Positions 9,370-18,748 of a DNA stretch of 64,000 bases are shown here, piece after piece. The first letter of the stretch is position 1. Every line of letters starts with the position of its first letter. The notes beneath the pieces were generated by a model. That model was not told where the DNA came from and did not search any database. It saw only the letters and a list, made by a program, of their open reading frames with translations. Source of the stretch: Candidatus Heimdallarchaeota archaeon (GTDB lineage: Archaea > Asgardarchaeota > Heimdallarchaeia > Heimdallarchaeales > Heimdallarchaeaceae); contig JAUVXV010000002.1 in assembly GCA_030603365.1 (NCBI GenBank), positions 402,757 through 466,756 of the forward strand. The letters run 5' to 3'. A program made the translations under genes and the position numbers.

Positions 9370-10638
9370 TTGTCAAGATATGTCCTTTGTGTGGTGGATA
9401 TGAGAATTGAGAATATTCAAGCAAAAACACTCATTAGAACGAGTAATAGAAGCCCTCATCATATCCACATGAATCTATACCAAGGATGTTTTCACAACTG
9501 TGTATATTGTAATGGAACTGCTGAGACATACCATATGCATGATGATTTTGGTTTGACAATTAAAGCTAAAGTGAATGCACCAGAGTTATTAGAAAGGTAT
9601 CTTCTGAAAGAAGGGTATGTCCCTTTCAATCGCGATGGAAGAATAACCTTAGATGAGTTTCTTTCAACACAAACTAAAACGAATACGAACTATGAATTGC
9701 CGAACTTTGTTCTGAGTTTATTTGGGAATGTATGTGACGTTTACCAACCAGCAGAGGAAGAACTTGAACTAACAAGAACACTCTTGCAAATAGCATATGA
9801 TTTTGGAGTTCCAGTAAGATTGCTGACAAAAAGCACATTAGTTTTGAGAGATTTAGACCTCCTCAAGAAAATTCATGACACCTCTTTCGCTCGTGTTGCT
9901 TTCACCATTACTCTTGCAGATGAGGAGGATCAAAGCAATTTTGAACCAAATGCTAGCTCAACAGCTGAAAGGTTAGAAGCTTTGAGATTGTTAAGAAAAG
10001 AAGGAATTCCTTCTGGAGCATATATAACTCCTATTATACCTTTGATCGGAGATACTGAGGAAAATCTAGGGCATCTCTTCAAGAAACTACAACAAATCAA
10101 TGCAGAATTTGTTATTACAGGAGGGTTAACTCTGAAACCTGGTAGAAATAAGGACTCTTTCATGCAAGTTATAATAGATAAATATCCAGAATACTACTCA
10201 CAAATATCCAATCTTTATTCAAATAATAGTCCTTATGGTCAACCAAACTCAGATGTAGCAAAAAGGTTAGATTTGCTCAAACCAGTTCAACAAGGATATG
10301 AACGAGCCAGAGAGTATGGTATTAATTTCTATGAACCCAGATTTATTCCCAATGTTAAGTATAGGAAAAATCTTGAGGTGGCAACATATCTTGCGAGGAT
10401 AGGATTTCTCAAAGAGGAAATATTTAGGGAAAATTATGGAGAAGCAAGAGAGTATAGAAATGCAGCCTCAAAGCTCGAATTTCTAGATAAAGACATTCAA
10501 GAAAAATCTGATTCTAAAATCAAGGGATTAGACTTTCCGGAATACATAAAAAATCATATAATAGAAATAATTAGCACTGGAAAAAGTAATTATCTTGAAG
10601 AGAAAAACGATTTTGGAGAACTTTTTTACATTAAATAG
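9370..10638 (+). CDS. Spore-photoproduct-lyase-family radical SAM protein with a C-terminal PolX 8-kDa/HhH-like extension; start probably ATG at 9400
   Basis: NLYQGCFHNCVYC (CxxxCxxC), DVYQPAE, LTKSTLVLRDLDLL, FEPNASSTAERL. Confidence 0.8.
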   Translation: MSRYVLCVVDMRIENIQAKTLIRTSNRSPHHIHMNLYQGCFHNCVYCNGTAETYHMHDDFGLTIKAKVNAPELLERYLLKEGYVPFNRDGRITLDEFLSTQTKTNTNYELPNFVLSLFGNVCDVYQPAEEELELTRTLLQIAYDFGVPVRLLTKSTLVLRDLDLLKKIHDTSFARVAFTITLADEEDQSNFEPNASSTAERLEALRLLRKEGIPSGAYITPIIPLIGDTEENLGHLFKKLQQINAEFVITGGLTLKPGRNKDSFMQVIIDKYPEYYSQISNLYSNNSPYGQPNSDVAKRLDLLKPVQQGYERAREYGINFYEPRFIPNVKYRKNLEVATYLARIGFLKEEIFRENYGEAREYRNAASKLEFLDKDIQEKSDSKIKGLDFPEYIKNHIIEIISTGKSNYLEEKNDFGELFYIK

Positions 10639-10706
10639 TTGGTTTTCACATACAAATTTGCCCTTTCCTTGCGATAGATTTTTGAATAAAGATTGAGAAA
10701 ACATTC

Positions 10707-11576
10707 TTGAGTTTAATGAGTGATATTGATCAACTTAAAGAAATTATCCCAGATGTTATTGCTGGATTTGTAAGATATGCGGATTATTTATCTGTTCCTG
10801 ATATCTCTCCTATCAAAAACAAAGACACTCTTTTACCTGTTTTAAAGAGAATGAAAGAAGGGGGAGCTAATGGGTGCCTTTTCTACCTTTATGATGGAGA
10901 AATGGTTCAGTTTCTTAATACCCTTTATACAGAAATTAAAGATTTTCCAATTATGGTCATCGTTCGTTCAGCTGAAATAGGTAAAATTACAGAGCTACTC
11001 CAACAACTTGAATTTAAACCTTTTATGATCTTCCTTGATTACTCTATTGCAGATCAGAGAGACAATGAACTTGTAGTTAAATACACCAATGTTGTTTCAA
11101 AATACACTGAACATATTGGACTATTTAGTATAGAACCCATTGGAACCGTATCGTTCTTTATTACAGCCAATCAACAAATTAAAACATACTTAATTCCGTT
11201 CAATATGTTAGGGTTTGGTGTTCAGAACCGAAGTTTGCTTGAAATGATAGTTAATTCATCTGAGAATATATATATCACTATGAATCCGCTAGCTCAGGGA
11301 AGAATTAAGCCAAGGCAAGCCTTTGATTATATTACAACTCACAAAATCCATGGATCAATTGTTGAAATTGAGAATGTAGATATAAATTTAGAAGCGGTGA
11401 AATTTGCAAAATATTTCTTCGAAACACATGATTTTCTACAAATTGCTCTAGAATTTGAAGATCATGCTGAAGTTTGTGAAAACTGCGGTTTGGGAATGTA
11501 CAGATATTTCCCACCATCAGGGGGAAGTGGTTTTTACTGTCCTCAATGCCAAACAACTAAAGATCTAGCAAAATAA
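10707..11576 (+). CDS. Hypothetical protein, possible aldo/keto-reductase-like barrel with a C-terminal zinc ribbon
   Basis: LIPFNMLGF...MNPLAQGRIKP; terminal CENC-x16-CPQC. Confidence 0.5.
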   Translation: MSLMSDIDQLKEIIPDVIAGFVRYADYLSVPDISPIKNKDTLLPVLKRMKEGGANGCLFYLYDGEMVQFLNTLYTEIKDFPIMVIVRSAEIGKITELLQQLEFKPFMIFLDYSIADQRDNELVVKYTNVVSKYTEHIGLFSIEPIGTVSFFITANQQIKTYLIPFNMLGFGVQNRSLLEMIVNSSENIYITMNPLAQGRIKPRQAFDYITTHKIHGSIVEIENVDINLEAVKFAKYFFETHDFLQIALEFEDHAEVCENCGLGMYRYFPPSGGSGFYCPQCQTTKDLAK

Positions 11577-11587
11577 CAAACCAGTAG

Positions 11588-12157
11588 GTGAACCAAATTA
11601 AACCATGTCCTTTCTGTGAAAGGTCAATCCCCGATATCTCAGCTTTTTGTTGTTATTGTGGTAAGGATGTTAGAAGAGTAGAACAACCTAAGCTAAAAAA
11701 AACCAACCTAGATCTGCAAAAATCAATTGGTAAGCTGAAAAAACAAGCTATATCTTTTATTTCCAATTTAGAGACAAAAGTTGAAAATTCTACTTCGCTT
11801 TCATATGTAAATAAACAGAGAGTTCTTAATATTCTGAACCAGTTTCAATATAAAGAAAAGGGAGAACTAGAAGGTGATCCTGAAGAATTGTCTGAATGGG
11901 TAAAGAAGGTAGAAGAAGCAATTTCAGGAGAAAAATGCATTATTTGTTTACAAGAATTTGTGATAAAAGAAAAAGAACAACTAAATGTCATTTTATGTCC
12001 ACATTGCAATTATGCTGGACACCCTAATCATTTTATTACGTGGTTGGATACAAGGAAAAAGTGTCCTATGTGTAGAAGTGATCTCGATAAGGACAGTTTA
12101 CTTAGAGGTTACTTATCAGAAAAAGATGAAAAACTAGTGTTTACAAGTGAACCTTGA
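11588..12157 (+). CDS. Zinc ribbon plus RING finger protein (putative E3 ubiquitin ligase)
   Basis: N-terminal CPFC..FCCYCG; C-terminal CIIC-x16-CPHC-x4-HPNH-x3-W-x6-CPMC. Confidence 0.75.
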   Translation: MNQIKPCPFCERSIPDISAFCCYCGKDVRRVEQPKLKKTNLDLQKSIGKLKKQAISFISNLETKVENSTSLSYVNKQRVLNILNQFQYKEKGELEGDPEELSEWVKKVEEAISGEKCIICLQEFVIKEKEQLNVILCPHCNYAGHPNHFITWLDTRKKCPMCRSDLDKDSLLRGYLSEKDEKLVFTSEP

Positions 12158-12170
12158 TTAAGAAACATTT

Positions 12171-12971
12171 TCAACTTTTCTTCTTCTCTCTCATCTCTTG
12201 TTTATATTTGTTCAGAAGATGTTTATACTCTTCTGCTTCTGCACCAGGATCTTCTGAATAAACTATAGGGCCCCCAACACATATCATTGCGTTATTATCA
12301 AAATGATAAATTAGACTTTTGATAATCAAATGTTCATTCCCATAGATGGGTGCAAGGGCAAGTATATTAGGCCCTATTGTTTCTTTTAGTTTTCTTACAT
12401 CTTTAACATCAATGTGTTCTGCATTACCTATCCAAAAACCATCTACTTGAGTTTTTTTACATCTTTCTGCCACATACAAGAATAATGGTTGTTCATTAAC
12501 AGCAGCAATTTTGTAAAACATAGATTCTGGATTTGACAACAAGGTTAAAACAATAATCCCTAATTGTTTCTGTCTAGCAAGGAGTGAGGCTTTGTCTATA
12601 TTAGCACTAAAGGGGGAGAAAGTAAATGCATCAAAGTTTTCTTCTTTGAACCAAAAAATGGCTGAATCATTTGAAGTATCTATGTCTCCAAGTTTATGGT
12701 CTATTATTGACAACATATCATTCTGATGAATAAAAATATTAATCTGTCTAATTTCATCAGCAGTTAAACCGATTAAATACTGTCTGTTAAGCTTTACAGC
12801 ACTACAATAAGGAGCAACTTCACTAATGATTTTTTTCATAAAGTTAATTCGATTATCATCGGGCATAACATGTCTTGATCGCTGTGAAGGTAAAGCTGGA
12901 TCAAGACTAACACAAAGTAAGCTATCTTTCTTCTTTGAAATCTCCTTATACTTTTGAATAAACTGTGACAT
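12171..12971 (-). CDS. pyrF: Orotidine-5'-phosphate decarboxylase (divergent C-terminal half)
   Basis: LCVSLDP, AVKLN, catalytic DHKLGDI (DxKxxD), LSNP; lies next to pyrC/K/D. Confidence 0.8.
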   Translation of the reverse strand: MSQFIQKYKEISKKKDSLLCVSLDPALPSQRSRHVMPDDNRINFMKKIISEVAPYCSAVKLNRQYLIGLTADEIRQINIFIHQNDMLSIIDHKLGDIDTSNDSAIFWFKEENFDAFTFSPFSANIDKASLLARQKQLGIIVLTLLSNPESMFYKIAAVNEQPLFLYVAERCKKTQVDGFWIGNAEHIDVKDVRKLKETIGPNILALAPIYGNEHLIIKSLIYHFDNNAMICVGGPIVYSEDPGAEAEEYKHLLNKYKQEMREKKKS

Positions 12972-13081
12972 TTACTTATTCACAAGGAGAAAACGACCTA
13001 TATTACTTATAAAGTTATATTGTCATGCAAATCTTTTTCAATTAATTAAATGAGGATACAATAGATATTGGGGCGACAATA

Positions 13082-13861
13082 ATGTCCAATACAAACACTC
13101 CAGATAGTTATATTGATGCTCAAGAAAAATTAATGACTCTAAATCTTCTTCAGATAGCTTATAAAAAATTTGAGAAACTTGATAGCTTCAAGTCATATCT
13201 TCAAGAAAACGGTGTTGAAGTTTCTGTTGCTAATCTTTCCAGATATGTCAATGGAAAAGCTCTACCAAAATCTAAATTGAAGGATTCACTTCTTAGAATT
13301 TTCGTAAACAATAAGAAGTTAGGTTTAACAATCGAAGAGCTAATTACCAAGAATCTAGAGATCAAGAGAGATGAATCTGGTGTTGTATCAGTAAATAACT
13401 CATGTCTCCTCAACGATTCTAGAACCTTGAAAGCAATATTATTTTTAGCAATTAAACAAGGAATAATTCCTAGTATTGCTGATAAAGTCATCACTGCAGA
13501 AGTTGATGGCATACCTTTAGGGATGACTCTTGCTCATCTCTTAAACATCGACTGTGTCTATGCAAGAAAGAAGAAAACGATAGGAACGTCTTCTTTCCAC
13601 AGTGAAGATATTGTTGCTGCAAAATCAAGTAGAATTGAAACCCTCTTTCTACCTGAGAATTTTATTAATAAAGATGAGAATATCATAATAATTGATGATA
13701 TTATACGATCAGGAGCTACTCAAACTGCATTGGTAAACCTAGTATCAAAAAGTGAGGGGATTCCTTTGAAAATAGTGATTCTAACTGGAATAGGAGAGCA
13801 TTGGGGAAAAACAAACATACTACGATTTACAGATTTCTCAGCTCTCGTGACAATAAGTTGA
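13082..13861 (+). CDS. HTH-phosphoribosyltransferase (archaeal Apt/PurR-like)
   Basis: N-terminal VSVANLSRYVNGKALP helix-turn-helix; ITAEVDGIPLG, YARKK and the PRPP loop IIIIDDIIRSGAT. Confidence 0.8.
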   Translation: MSNTNTPDSYIDAQEKLMTLNLLQIAYKKFEKLDSFKSYLQENGVEVSVANLSRYVNGKALPKSKLKDSLLRIFVNNKKLGLTIEELITKNLEIKRDESGVVSVNNSCLLNDSRTLKAILFLAIKQGIIPSIADKVITAEVDGIPLGMTLAHLLNIDCVYARKKKTIGTSSFHSEDIVAAKSSRIETLFLPENFINKDENIIIIDDIIRSGATQTALVNLVSKSEGIPLKIVILTGIGEHWGKTNILRFTDFSALVTIS

Positions 13862-13908
13862 GTAGAATAAAGGGTATGTTTCACAGAGTAAGTGCATTTA
13901 ATCTATCT

Positions 13909-15126
13909 CTACAATTCATTTTGAACAAGAATTTGTTTATTCTTAATTATGTATTTCATAGATCCACGTAACATTTTATTTTGAAAAGGTGACCAACCAG
14001 CTTTAGACTTTATCCAATCTGAATCTACATGGAAAGGAGTATGAGGATCCAAGATTACAATTTCTTCTTTAATAGCTTTCTCTTTAATATTAAGTAATGA
14101 AGAAGGGAATTTATAGAAAGCTTCGATTGCTCGTTCCCATTCCAAATCCCCTAAATTGATTAAAGTGCAAACTGTTGGTAATAGCTCTTGAACACCAGGC
14201 ATACCACTTAAACATTCATTTTCTTTTTCTTCGATAGTATGAGGAGAGTGGCTAGAACTAATCATGTCAATTATTCCCATAGCTAGGGATTCAACAAGTA
14301 TTCTGCTATCTCTTGTGTTTCTCAGTGGTGGTTTCACTTTTTTCAGATGTTCTTCAAGATCTGTTGCTTGATTGAAAAATAGATATCTTGGACATGTGTC
14401 TGATGTAAGATTTGGAGTATTCACTAATTCTAATAATTTTGAAGAAAGGGAACTGCTTACATGTGTTATATGTAGTTTCAGTGATGAATAATCTTTTGCC
14501 CACTGTAAAATCTTCTGAACAGCTACCGCTTCTGCTTCAGGAGGATGTTTCTTATTGTGATCACTTTCAAAATCATGTTCTTTGAGTATATTGGGATCTT
14601 CAGCATGAAAGATTATTGGTTTATTAGTTTCTAGTTCCTCTAGATTGTCCAATGCAGAAATTATTCTTTCTTCATCGATGGTTAAATCTCCTGAAGAATC
14701 AGACATGAAGATCTTATATGCATCACAATACTCATCTAATTCAGATATATCTTCAGCATTGTTATTAGTAATTGCCGCTGCAATAAGAATATCAACAATA
14801 TCCTGTTTTTTGGTCAGCTCACGTTTGTACTTGAGATCGTTAATAGAATCAGTTACAGGATTTGTATTTGGCATATCTAAAACAGTTAGAACTCCTCCAA
14901 ACAGAGCTGCTTCTGCACCTGTAATCATATCTTCTTTATGAGTAAATCCCGGTTCTCTGAAATGAACGTGTAAGTCAATACCCGGAGGTATGCCTAAATA
15001 ATCCCTGCAGTCAATCTCATTTCCTAGAATTTTAATTAAGGATGGATTATAGTCTACTTCTAAATCTTGAATTTCAAAATCTCTTTTCTGATGGTTCCAG
15101 ATTTTAAGATTCGAGAGAATGACCAT
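13909..15126 (-). CDS. pyrC: Dihydroorotase family protein (catalytic Asp apparently replaced by Ser)
   Basis: DLHVHFREPG, DMPNT, FHAED, HITHVSS and KPPLR present; SSHSPH where TDHAPH is expected. Confidence 0.8.
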   Translation of the reverse strand: MVILSNLKIWNHQKRDFEIQDLEVDYNPSLIKILGNEIDCRDYLGIPPGIDLHVHFREPGFTHKEDMITGAEAALFGGVLTVLDMPNTNPVTDSINDLKYKRELTKKQDIVDILIAAAITNNNAEDISELDEYCDAYKIFMSDSSGDLTIDEERIISALDNLEELETNKPIIFHAEDPNILKEHDFESDHNKKHPPEAEAVAVQKILQWAKDYSSLKLHITHVSSSLSSKLLELVNTPNLTSDTCPRYLFFNQATDLEEHLKKVKPPLRNTRDSRILVESLAMGIIDMISSSHSPHTIEEKENECLSGMPGVQELLPTVCTLINLGDLEWERAIEAFYKFPSSLLNIKEKAIKEEIVILDPHTPFHVDSDWIKSKAGWSPFQNKMLRGSMKYIIKNKQILVQNEL

Positions 15127-15128
15127 GG

Positions 15129-15980
15129 TTATATCCTCACTTTTTCGCCTGATTCAAGTCTTTTGTATAGTCCAAAGTCACTGATTTGTTCCAACTGTTC
15201 AGTGTTAAAAACAGGACCATCTACACATATTCTCCAACCAGTTGGATCTACAGCACAATATGAACAAGCACCAAAACCACATCTCATATAACGGTCAGCT
15301 AAACTCATTTGCATATCCATAACATTCGAATATTTTTTCCCAATATTGAAAATTGCTTTCATCATTTTTTCTGGACCAGCAACATACATTACAGAAGGAG
15401 TTTGATTTTCCTGTAAGAAATTCTCCAAATCTACAGTAGGAAATCCTTGGTAGCCGTAAGATCCATCATCTGTACAAACATGAAATGTAATTAGATCCTT
15501 GTCATGAAGATCTTGAAACCAATCAAGATACATCAACCTATCTTTTGTTCTCGCACCCTCAAAAACATGAATGTTTTGTTTACTATCTTTTTCCAATAGA
15601 GTTGTAGTTAAGAGTTTGAGAGGAGTCATACCAAAACCTCCTCCAATTAGCAGATGATTCACATCTTGTGGAGGTTTGAACGGTTTCCCATAAAATCCTC
15701 TAACACCTACTAAATCCCCAATTTGCTTATTAATCATTGCTTCAGTACCAGGTCCCATTTTAGCAATACCAACTTCTAAAATGTTTTCTTTAAAACCTGC
15801 AATTCCTATAGGAAATTCATCTACTCCAGGAACCCAAAGCATTATGAATTGTCCAGGTAAAGCTCGCTGAGCTTTAATTGGAAGTTCTATAAGAAATTTG
15901 TAAGTATCTTCACATTCCAATTCTTTTGTAATTATTTTTCCCATAAGGGGTTTGTCATTTGGCAAGGTTTGTTTTGTCAT
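15129..15980 (-). CDS. pyrK: Dihydroorotate dehydrogenase electron transfer subunit
   Basis: PGQFIMLW, GGGFG, TDDGS, AGPEKMM and the 2Fe-2S motif MRCGFGACSYC...ICVDGPVF. Confidence 0.9.
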   Translation of the reverse strand: MTKQTLPNDKPLMGKIITKELECEDTYKFLIELPIKAQRALPGQFIMLWVPGVDEFPIGIAGFKENILEVGIAKMGPGTEAMINKQIGDLVGVRGFYGKPFKPPQDVNHLLIGGGFGMTPLKLLTTTLLEKDSKQNIHVFEGARTKDRLMYLDWFQDLHDKDLITFHVCTDDGSYGYQGFPTVDLENFLQENQTPSVMYVAGPEKMMKAIFNIGKKYSNVMDMQMSLADRYMRCGFGACSYCAVDPTGWRICVDGPVFNTEQLEQISDFGLYKRLESGEKVRI

Positions 15981-16897
15981 CTGTGAGCTCCTCCAGTAAT
16001 TTCCTTTATTGAATTAAATTGATGCTCTTTCATGTATTTCTTAATCTTCATTTGGAAGAATCTTATCATATTTTCAGGATAAGCTACACCCAGAGATGTG
16101 CCTATTTCGACTGCTGTGGCCCCCGCAAGGAGATATTCAATTATATCCTCTCCTCGATAAATTCCCCCAACACCGATGATAGGTATTTTATCGCCAAAAT
16201 TTTCATATAAATCATAAACATAACGAATTCCTATTGGTTTGATTGCTGCTCCAGAGAGACCTCCACGTTTAAATCCAAGCACAGGCATTTTTGTTTGAAT
16301 ATCAATTACCATCGCTTTGAGAGTGTTAATAGCAACCAACGCATCACTTCCACCTTTTATAGCTGCATCAGCTATTTCCAAGATGTTACTAACATTTGGT
16401 GTTAGTTTAACCCATAGAGGAATTTCTGTTTCTTTTCTTAACATTGATACGATTTCCTTAACTAATTCAGGATCAGTTCCTATCTGAGTTCCTCCTTTTT
16501 CAGTGTTAGGGCAACTTAGATTCAATTCAAAAGCAAGAACAGATAAATCCTTTAATCCATTTAGAACCTCTAAGAATTCTTCTTTATTTTCTCCAAAAAT
16601 TGAAACAATAGTTGGTATTTTGTTTTCATTGAGAATTTGAATGTCTTCTCTGAAAATTGAATATCCAGGATTTGCTAATCCTACAGAATTTATTACACTT
16701 CTTATTTCTTGTAATGCAAATACACTAGGATTTGGATTGCCAATTCTGGATCTTGGACCTATACTCTTTGTAATCACAGCACCCAAACCTGCTTCATAAG
16801 TTCTCTGAAGAGTAGAGTAAGTCGTTCCCAGAACACCAGAAGCTAAAATTAGCGGATTTCTGAGCTGTATATCACCGACTTCTGTATCAAAACTCAT
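15977..16897 (-). CDS. pyrD: Dihydroorotate dehydrogenase family 1B catalytic subunit
   Basis: NPLILASG, NSVGLANPG, ELNLSCPN, VKLTPN, AINT, GGLSG, IIGVGGI. Confidence 0.93.
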   Translation of the reverse strand: MSFDTEVGDIQLRNPLILASGVLGTTYSTLQRTYEAGLGAVITKSIGPRSRIGNPNPSVFALQEIRSVINSVGLANPGYSIFREDIQILNENKIPTIVSIFGENKEEFLEVLNGLKDLSVLAFELNLSCPNTEKGGTQIGTDPELVKEIVSMLRKETEIPLWVKLTPNVSNILEIADAAIKGGSDALVAINTLKAMVIDIQTKMPVLGFKRGGLSGAAIKPIGIRYVYDLYENFGDKIPIIGVGGIYRGEDIIEYLLAGATAVEIGTSLGVAYPENMIRFFQMKIKKYMKEHQFNSIKEITGGAHR

Positions 16898-17066
16898 GTA
16901 GAATAGTTTTTTTTAAACTTGAAAAGTTTTACTGATTTACGGAATTTAGATCCAAGATTCAAAAAACTAAATTTTCTGAAAAAAAACACATTTCATATGA
17001 AAAATTTATTATATATTCAGAAAAAACAAAGATATAGAGGTCTTATAATCTTCAAAGTGATATTCT

Positions 17067-17771
17067 TTGCCCCGAATCGCAGTCATTTCTGATATCCATT
17101 CAAACATCTTCGCTTTAGAGGCAGTTCTAAAGGATATTCAGAGAAAAAAAATTATTGATGAAATCATCTGTTTGGGTGATGTAGTGGGTTATTATCCTTT
17201 TCCTAACGAGTGTATAGAACTAATTCGTGAGCAATGCTCTATAACAATGTTAGGTAACCATGATGCTGGCGTCATTGGAGATGAACCTTCTTTCTATTTC
17301 AATCCAACAGCTTATGAAATGATTGCATGGACTCAGGAAAATATCAAACAAGAACACTTGAAATGGATAACCTCACTACCTAGAAGAAGAACGATTGAGA
17401 GAAATGGTAAAACCATCTACCTTGTGCATGGATCTCCGTTCAAAGTTTTTGATTATATGGATTCTAGCTCAGATAAACAATTGAAGGCAATGTTAAGTGA
17501 GGCTTTCGAAAAAACAGAAACTGATATACTTATGGTGGGACATACTCATGTACCTGTTAAAACCAAATTTAAGAATAAACATTTCCTAAATCCAGGTTCT
17601 GTTGGACAGCCAAGAAATGGCACTCCAGGAGCGTATTATTCGATAGTAAATACTAATCCATTCAATATTTCTATGATCCACCTAAAGTATGATTTTTCAC
17701 CTTTGCAAGAAAAAATGAAAGAATTAGAACTTCCTAAGTCTTTGAGTGATAGATTAAATAGAGGTCATTAA
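17067..17771 (+). CDS. Calcineurin-like metallophosphoesterase
   Basis: ISDIHSN, LGDVVGY, GNHD, VHGSP, GHTH, NPGSVGQPR. Confidence 0.9.
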   Translation: MPRIAVISDIHSNIFALEAVLKDIQRKKIIDEIICLGDVVGYYPFPNECIELIREQCSITMLGNHDAGVIGDEPSFYFNPTAYEMIAWTQENIKQEHLKWITSLPRRRTIERNGKTIYLVHGSPFKVFDYMDSSSDKQLKAMLSEAFEKTETDILMVGHTHVPVKTKFKNKHFLNPGSVGQPRNGTPGAYYSIVNTNPFNISMIHLKYDFSPLQEKMKELELPKSLSDRLNRGH

Positions 17772-17780
17772 TTAGAAAAA

Positions 17781-18167
17781 TTACTCGTAGTGAAAATCAA
17801 GATCTATTTCTTCATCATCTAAATCTTCCAATTCTGCTTCTAGTTTATCATTGTAAAGATCGTATAGAATTACTAATGCTACACCTTGATGAATTCCAGC
17901 TTTAACAGAAAGCCCCTTGTAGCTCATTTCTGGATTATCTGGAAGAATCTTTTCTCTGACATATCCCTTGAGATTATTGTAATTTGGAATAGTTCTTATT
18001 CCATCTATCAGTTCTTGTAATTTTCCCTCAAACCCTTTAAAATTAACGTTTAAGCGCTTTTGCTTTCTAAGACTTTCGAGGAATTCGTTATTAGCTTCTT
18101 CTTCTCTTACTAGGTCCTCTTCAACGCTTTTGTCTTTATCCCCAATGTAATTGAACAGTGTATTCAA
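17781..18167 (-). CDS. Hypothetical acidic protein
   Basis: 128-aa ORF with TTG start and a purine-rich upstream sequence; acidic tail; no family recognised. Confidence 0.65.
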   Translation of the reverse strand: MNTLFNYIGDKDKSVEEDLVREEEANNEFLESLRKQKRLNVNFKGFEGKLQELIDGIRTIPNYNNLKGYVREKILPDNPEMSYKGLSVKAGIHQGVALVILYDLYNDKLEAELEDLDDEEIDLDFHYE

Positions 18168-18748
18168 CCTATAACCCCTTTCACTAAGTGTTGTTGTTCA
18201 GTGAAGGATTTTTACTATAAAATTGTTTTGTAATACGGGTTAATCAAATAAACATTTATTTTATAGAAAAAGTATTATTTAGTTCGAAAAAAAATTTGTT
18301 AAAGGGAACATTATTTTTCTTTCCGTGAAAATAGACTTGGTCGCTAAGACAAATGTCTCTATATTTAATTAACACCTTACTAGAATAAGCATACACATCA
18401 AAGAATAGAAAATAAAACGAAAAGTTGATTAAATAACAATAGTTTCTAACTAGTGATTCTCTAAAAACCCGACAATAATAGACAAGCATACTGAAGAAGA
18501 TAGTTTTATAGAGATTCTATCAACTAGAGTGAGAACAGAGTCTAAAATAGAATAATTTAAGCAAATTAATATTTTATCATACATTTGTAAAATATAATAA
18601 AAATATGTGTATTAGTATAGCTAAAAATTAGAATAAATATAACAATATAAAATATCTTTGTCTAATTATCTAGTGAAACATTTTATTTAAAGGATAAACT
18701 AAGAAAATATAAATGCATTTTATTAAAAAAAACCATTATCAAAGCGAT

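Noticed and set aside
17067-17771. Vps29 retromer homologue
   Set aside because: Has a full catalytic GNHD motif and NPGSVGQPR, typical of generic prokaryotic metallophosphoesterases
18256-18489. 77-aa ORF in the long intergenic gap
   Set aside because: Composition looks like translated AT-rich non-coding DNA; no motif recognised
18168-18748. Confident replication origin call
   Set aside because: No ORB repeats or orc1/cdc6 gene visible; kept only as a weak finding
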